Part shown: one piece after another, positions 24,101 through 25,005 of the stretch
Position numbering within the stretch: position 1 is the stretch's first letter
Layout of the letters: each line of letters opens with the position of its first letter
Source of the DNA: a virus
Taxonomy: Duplodnaviria > Caudoviricetes
Direction: 5' to 3' (one strand)
IMG/VR virus record: IMGVR_UViG_3300021519_000069
Location: 1-25,005 of that record
Length of the DNA stretch: 25,005 bases
Translations under genes and position numbers: made by a program
Notes under the pieces: model-generated
Seen by the model: the letters and a program-made list of their open reading frames with translations, nothing else
What the model was told of the DNA's origin: nothing
Databases searched by the model: none

Positions 24101-25005
24101 TGCGGAAAGGGCGCCAAGCAAAGTACCGCTGAACACAATTCTGCCAAGCGCAGAAGATGTGCCTGAAAACCTGTATGGCGCTGCCGATCGTGCAGCAGCT
24201 GGCCGCAAAGCTGCAGAGCTTATTAAATCCCAAGAGTTAATCAAAGCGTCCGAAGCCTTGGGACAAGCGATGGAACAGGGCTTTACAAAGACCTCCACTA
24301 CGCAAGCTGACCGTACCAGAGTGGGTGGCGGCAACATAGGTGGTGCGGCATTCTCCGCTCTGAGCGAAGCTGATCCAGAGTATGCAGGTAAGGTATGGGG
24401 CGTGATGGATCCGGGCACTGCCAGCCGTCTGACCAACCTGACTACACCAGAGACCGCATGGACAACCATGCTTGGTTCTGCCACTCAGTTAAAAACCAAC
24501 CCTCTGGTATTTGACAAGTTGCAACGAGCCTTTAAGAAATCCATGAAGGAAGGCAATCTATCGCCTGAGCTGGCCGACAAAATAAACTACAACCTTGCTT
24601 TGACATTCGGTGAAGGTGCCGACATTCGCGACCCAAGCATATGGAACCAAGCTGACACATTTGAAAAGCGTGCAGCATTGGCTGACGTGATGATGGGGCA
24701 GGGGGTAACACCCAAGAAAGGCGGCGTTGCTCTGGGTGGCGAAAAAAGCGGTAGGGGCGTCATCTTCAAACCTACAGACATTCTGATGAGAGAAACCGAA
24801 CCCGGCCTGCTTCATCCAGAGCACGGCGGCGATGTTCCTACATTTGCAGCCGGCCCTCGCTTGTTCAGCATGGGTACCGATGTCCAATACCGCCCAGACT
24901 TGCACCCCGGATTCCCAACCCTGATTGGCGGGGAAGACCTTGGCGTAAACATGATGCCTACGCCAACAGAAGTTTACTTGCCAGATTGGCATAGCCGGTT
25001 TAAAG
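18135..25005 (+). CDS. Giant multi-domain polyvalent protein (>=2290 aa, 3'-truncated): DUF6973-like, GNAT, ParB-like, PcfJ-like, helical module, 3x ADP-ribosyltransferase-like, unknown
   Basis: ATG 18135 follows GGGGTGAG. Manual translation (MPKKTAPQNTGLFNK...EVYLPDWHSRFK) found no stop to the window end, which explains its absence from the ORF track. Domain motifs are listed under findings. Confidence 0.88.
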   Translation, partial: MPKKTAPQNTGLFNKMLGSIAKGVGTATSSHPVDSLIGFVSPDLLAMKLDSEKAGNAYPVADRWNGPGDAMRHLMFSSKLADRYGQIPSHLESLAHEYLLNFGEPSAEREMDLYNDTLGRSIAEQTSDPAEMQRLAQKYVDEGTAKTIKGKESAPSNYAGGGAVVKAAEEAAARAAAKAAEKAPQKFIDSLPGRNELNYWLDGGQDAVERGFPEEPFILLDKLYIDPQNRGQGAARKVLKEGLQDMAAQHPGMDVRLLADPLDRSTNLHDLVRLYESVGFDVDNYQDGMSGVPMSMRLPSKPESKAQGGLIGLVQKYGGGGAFATAAAEAAAKAAERAPSKIPDLKEFVRQHKGEYGARRVERAADEIPNLASQYSDEALRRAFTGDNTQLLMTMHPDDFEEYAARLNPNYDSGYSIRGSQSKLGYDDYINYLGNIARGNGLENVPYLNLGQHRVSEIPEITGHEGRHRTRALTNMGDDSTLIRLYPQGNLREDFPRTNQEEYIESFRNFMSSYPRVQPETEFDPTTGDEKNRRPLALPEFYAHGGLAELANKYEGGPCYQFKHDDHDEHYLKFGGGGDVAKAMREWLKGHPEKSLEKLKLDHGGADPQDLMRQTQEILDVDANTPLRDFFTKRLAELKPKAAVNNWIDTTLKNYVRRDYGQEWDPLSQLTPEQRHVPLMDEQYRPQQPNAVWPPRNTIHKSNPAGITTVTRAQLENPHLRRQYEKPDYLESIYKENPWMLNKGMDEPISSFDSYGLGLEHLRNELHNATRPDSDLPDQLQVRPESLSRMSMSQASQLVGKINEHRDMLREAERQKALLTPYKEYKSGHKWVELPGASDPQGLKAVMDTGCEGGWCTMGEEEAKSYSQPFSGRKLYALLDPENKPHAQVYTVDNDFGPRIQEIKPRGNKWDSQYVKDAMAKNPQYKEELMPYVQDFVKSGKWSRVNDIHNTDLLHRPDLQYHIEDNKVLPGVAPEVGLEALYRANDANALPEYMTHPEATEALSKFMPSPEEQAQISADLVNLYKKNNPGMAKGGIVEMAHKYDVGGLASSDTLKGMEAPGEDQRSKTGIDWLDYMLDPFYAIKAGIKSGDMPSTAHYKNDDGSEGSYTLPGMAHSLIGLGDFVPGVNTPRSRASGIAYNEGVDHALRNQGLANKEDLPLDLQAFQTLGESIGQLPLMPVRTVTALRPLLTGAKAVAEMGMAKGIPKAFMNLLGAIPEYLGPTMHHSPANLMLSTAGGMALVPAIKALQELDEKYPGADLQGMLDQLQSPTSRINHMTDPGIREQTSQRHPLTQAEASRISDNVRRQMLPGFGGGGAFATIEKAAAKAAENVLPAAEREANLIKFLDLSAEKRRMYHGSKKPNITEFKTGEQLFDESGMSGHENEGRNAIYLSPNPDFTNNFSINGYTDEHQAPVTYPVYVQVNNPFDFDDPEHLKKVNETYFDMYHNPESELYDPSLYSSERSLGLHNFNEKVDDLPADENNWATIESPKFQEVLKDLGFDSFYGYEMGIKNLGVYEGNKIKSAIGNRGTYDITDPDMNKAHGGLIGLVQKYAGGGAVVKAVEKAAARAAERAATKTASYDMAKDAKIRLYRASPDDYVTRGTSFTEDAETARAYQDNPGFGGSEIYSTRINPKNVLDLSDEEDQWTALSSAIGEEIEPSRYAYHFARSLTADDSLTDKLAESGVDWIKFRDDFPEGSKTWIPVSDKAIDNASENNYLFKPKNKNKGGSVRGYAHGGLIDLVQKYGGGGAVARAAAEAAAKAAENVLPAAEREANLAKMLEPSAVKNRLYHGTTKDITKFDQKKAGEKTGNVTSELGTFLSNNPAEANRYAKEWGAEGGNVMPVFAQVTNPYAMSYEEFANLATGGWNRLMKDPDYDPNSVIKFGDMDAQKRAAQVLKKHENDARQDVINRRDELMSLGHDGVVVNIGGNQEVIVFDPSKIKSATGNRGTYDLTDPDITKAHGGLIDLVQKYGGGGAFATIEKAAARAAERAPSKVPLNTILPSAEDVPENLYGAADRAAAGRKAAELIKSQELIKASEALGQAMEQGFTKTSTTQADRTRVGGGNIGGAAFSALSEADPEYAGKVWGVMDPGTASRLTNLTTPETAWTTMLGSATQLKTNPLVFDKLQRAFKKSMKEGNLSPELADKINYNLALTFGEGADIRDPSIWNQADTFEKRAALADVMMGQGVTPKKGGVALGGEKSGRGVIFKPTDILMRETEPGLLHPEHGGDVPTFAAGPRLFSMGTDVQYRPDLHPGFPTLIGGEDLGVNMMPTPTEVYLPDWHSRFK
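18606..18686 (+). repeat. Inter-module linker R1 (half copy)
   Basis: YAGGGAVVKAAEEAAARAAAKAAEKAP. Confidence 0.85.
19047..19157 (+). repeat. Inter-module linker R2
   Basis: KAQGGLIGLVQKYGGGGAFATAAAEAAAKAAERAPSK. Confidence 0.9.
19758..19883 (+). repeat. Inter-module linker R3 (diverged, with His/Asp-rich insert)
   Basis: YAHGGLAELANKYEGGPCYQFKHDDHDEHYLKFGGGGDVAKA. Confidence 0.75.
21225..21281 (+). repeat. Inter-module linker R4 (diverged)
   Basis: MAKGGIVEMAHKYDVGGLA. Confidence 0.75.
22068..22160 (+). repeat. Inter-module linker R5 (half copy)
   Basis: FGGGGAFATIEKAAAKAAENVLPAAEREANL. Confidence 0.85.
22755..22859 (+). repeat. Inter-module linker R6
   Basis: KAHGGLIGLVQKYAGGGAVVKAVEKAAARAAERAA. 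Confidence 0.9.
23307..23465 (+). repeat. Inter-module linker R7 (three GG motifs)
   Basis: KNKGGSVRGYAHGGLIDLVQKYGGGGAVARAAAEAAAKAAENVLPAAEREANL. Confidence 0.9.
24015..24122 (+). repeat. Inter-module linker R8
   Basis: KAHGGLIDLVQKYGGGGAFATIEKAAARAAERAPSK. Confidence 0.9.

Noticed and set aside
18606-24122. Regularly recurring repeats considered as a CRISPR array or integron attC sites
   Set aside because: The repeats are ~60-160 bp, in-frame and coding, vary mostly at synonymous positions, lack attC-like dyad symmetry, and are separated by domains of roughly 350-1350 bp. No cas or integron integrase gene is in the window.
18033-24992. Short minus-strand ORFs in the track, and the apparent gene desert suggesting stop-codon recoding or a pseudogene
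   Set aside because: They are shadows of the single long + ORF, which is open under the standard code. No recoding is needed.

Overview
This is a tailed dsDNA phage (or prophage) fragment, probably with a proteobacterial host. From left to right it holds: the end of a virion-protein operon (1-2561, two likely DNA-ejection proteins); a leftward recombination operon (ERF annealing protein, YqaJ/lambda-Exo nuclease, PD-(D/E)XK-like protein); a back-to-back promoter; a rightward replication/nin operon (Cro-like HTH, SF2 helicase, Zn-Toprim primase, NinB, NinG, HNH); a leftward run of small early genes (SutA-like, Zn-finger/AlpA fusion, SSB, two RHH proteins); a ~950-bp non-coding region with an iteron-like origin candidate; and the packaging genes terS and terL. 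The main feature is missing from the ORF track because it has no stop codon in the window. It is one + strand ORF from 18135 to the window end (at least 2290 aa, translated by hand). It strings together a DUF6973-like domain, a GNAT acetyltransferase, a ParB-like domain, a PcfJ-like domain, a hydrophobic helical module, three ADP-ribosyltransferase-like domains and an unknown module. Every junction carries a recurring linker, (K/Y/M)AxGG-LIxLVQKY-GGGGA...AAAKAAE, which is also conserved at DNA level. This looks like a cassette-built polyvalent effector polyprotein, possibly processed at Gly-Gly motifs. All family calls come from motif recognition by eye, not database searches.
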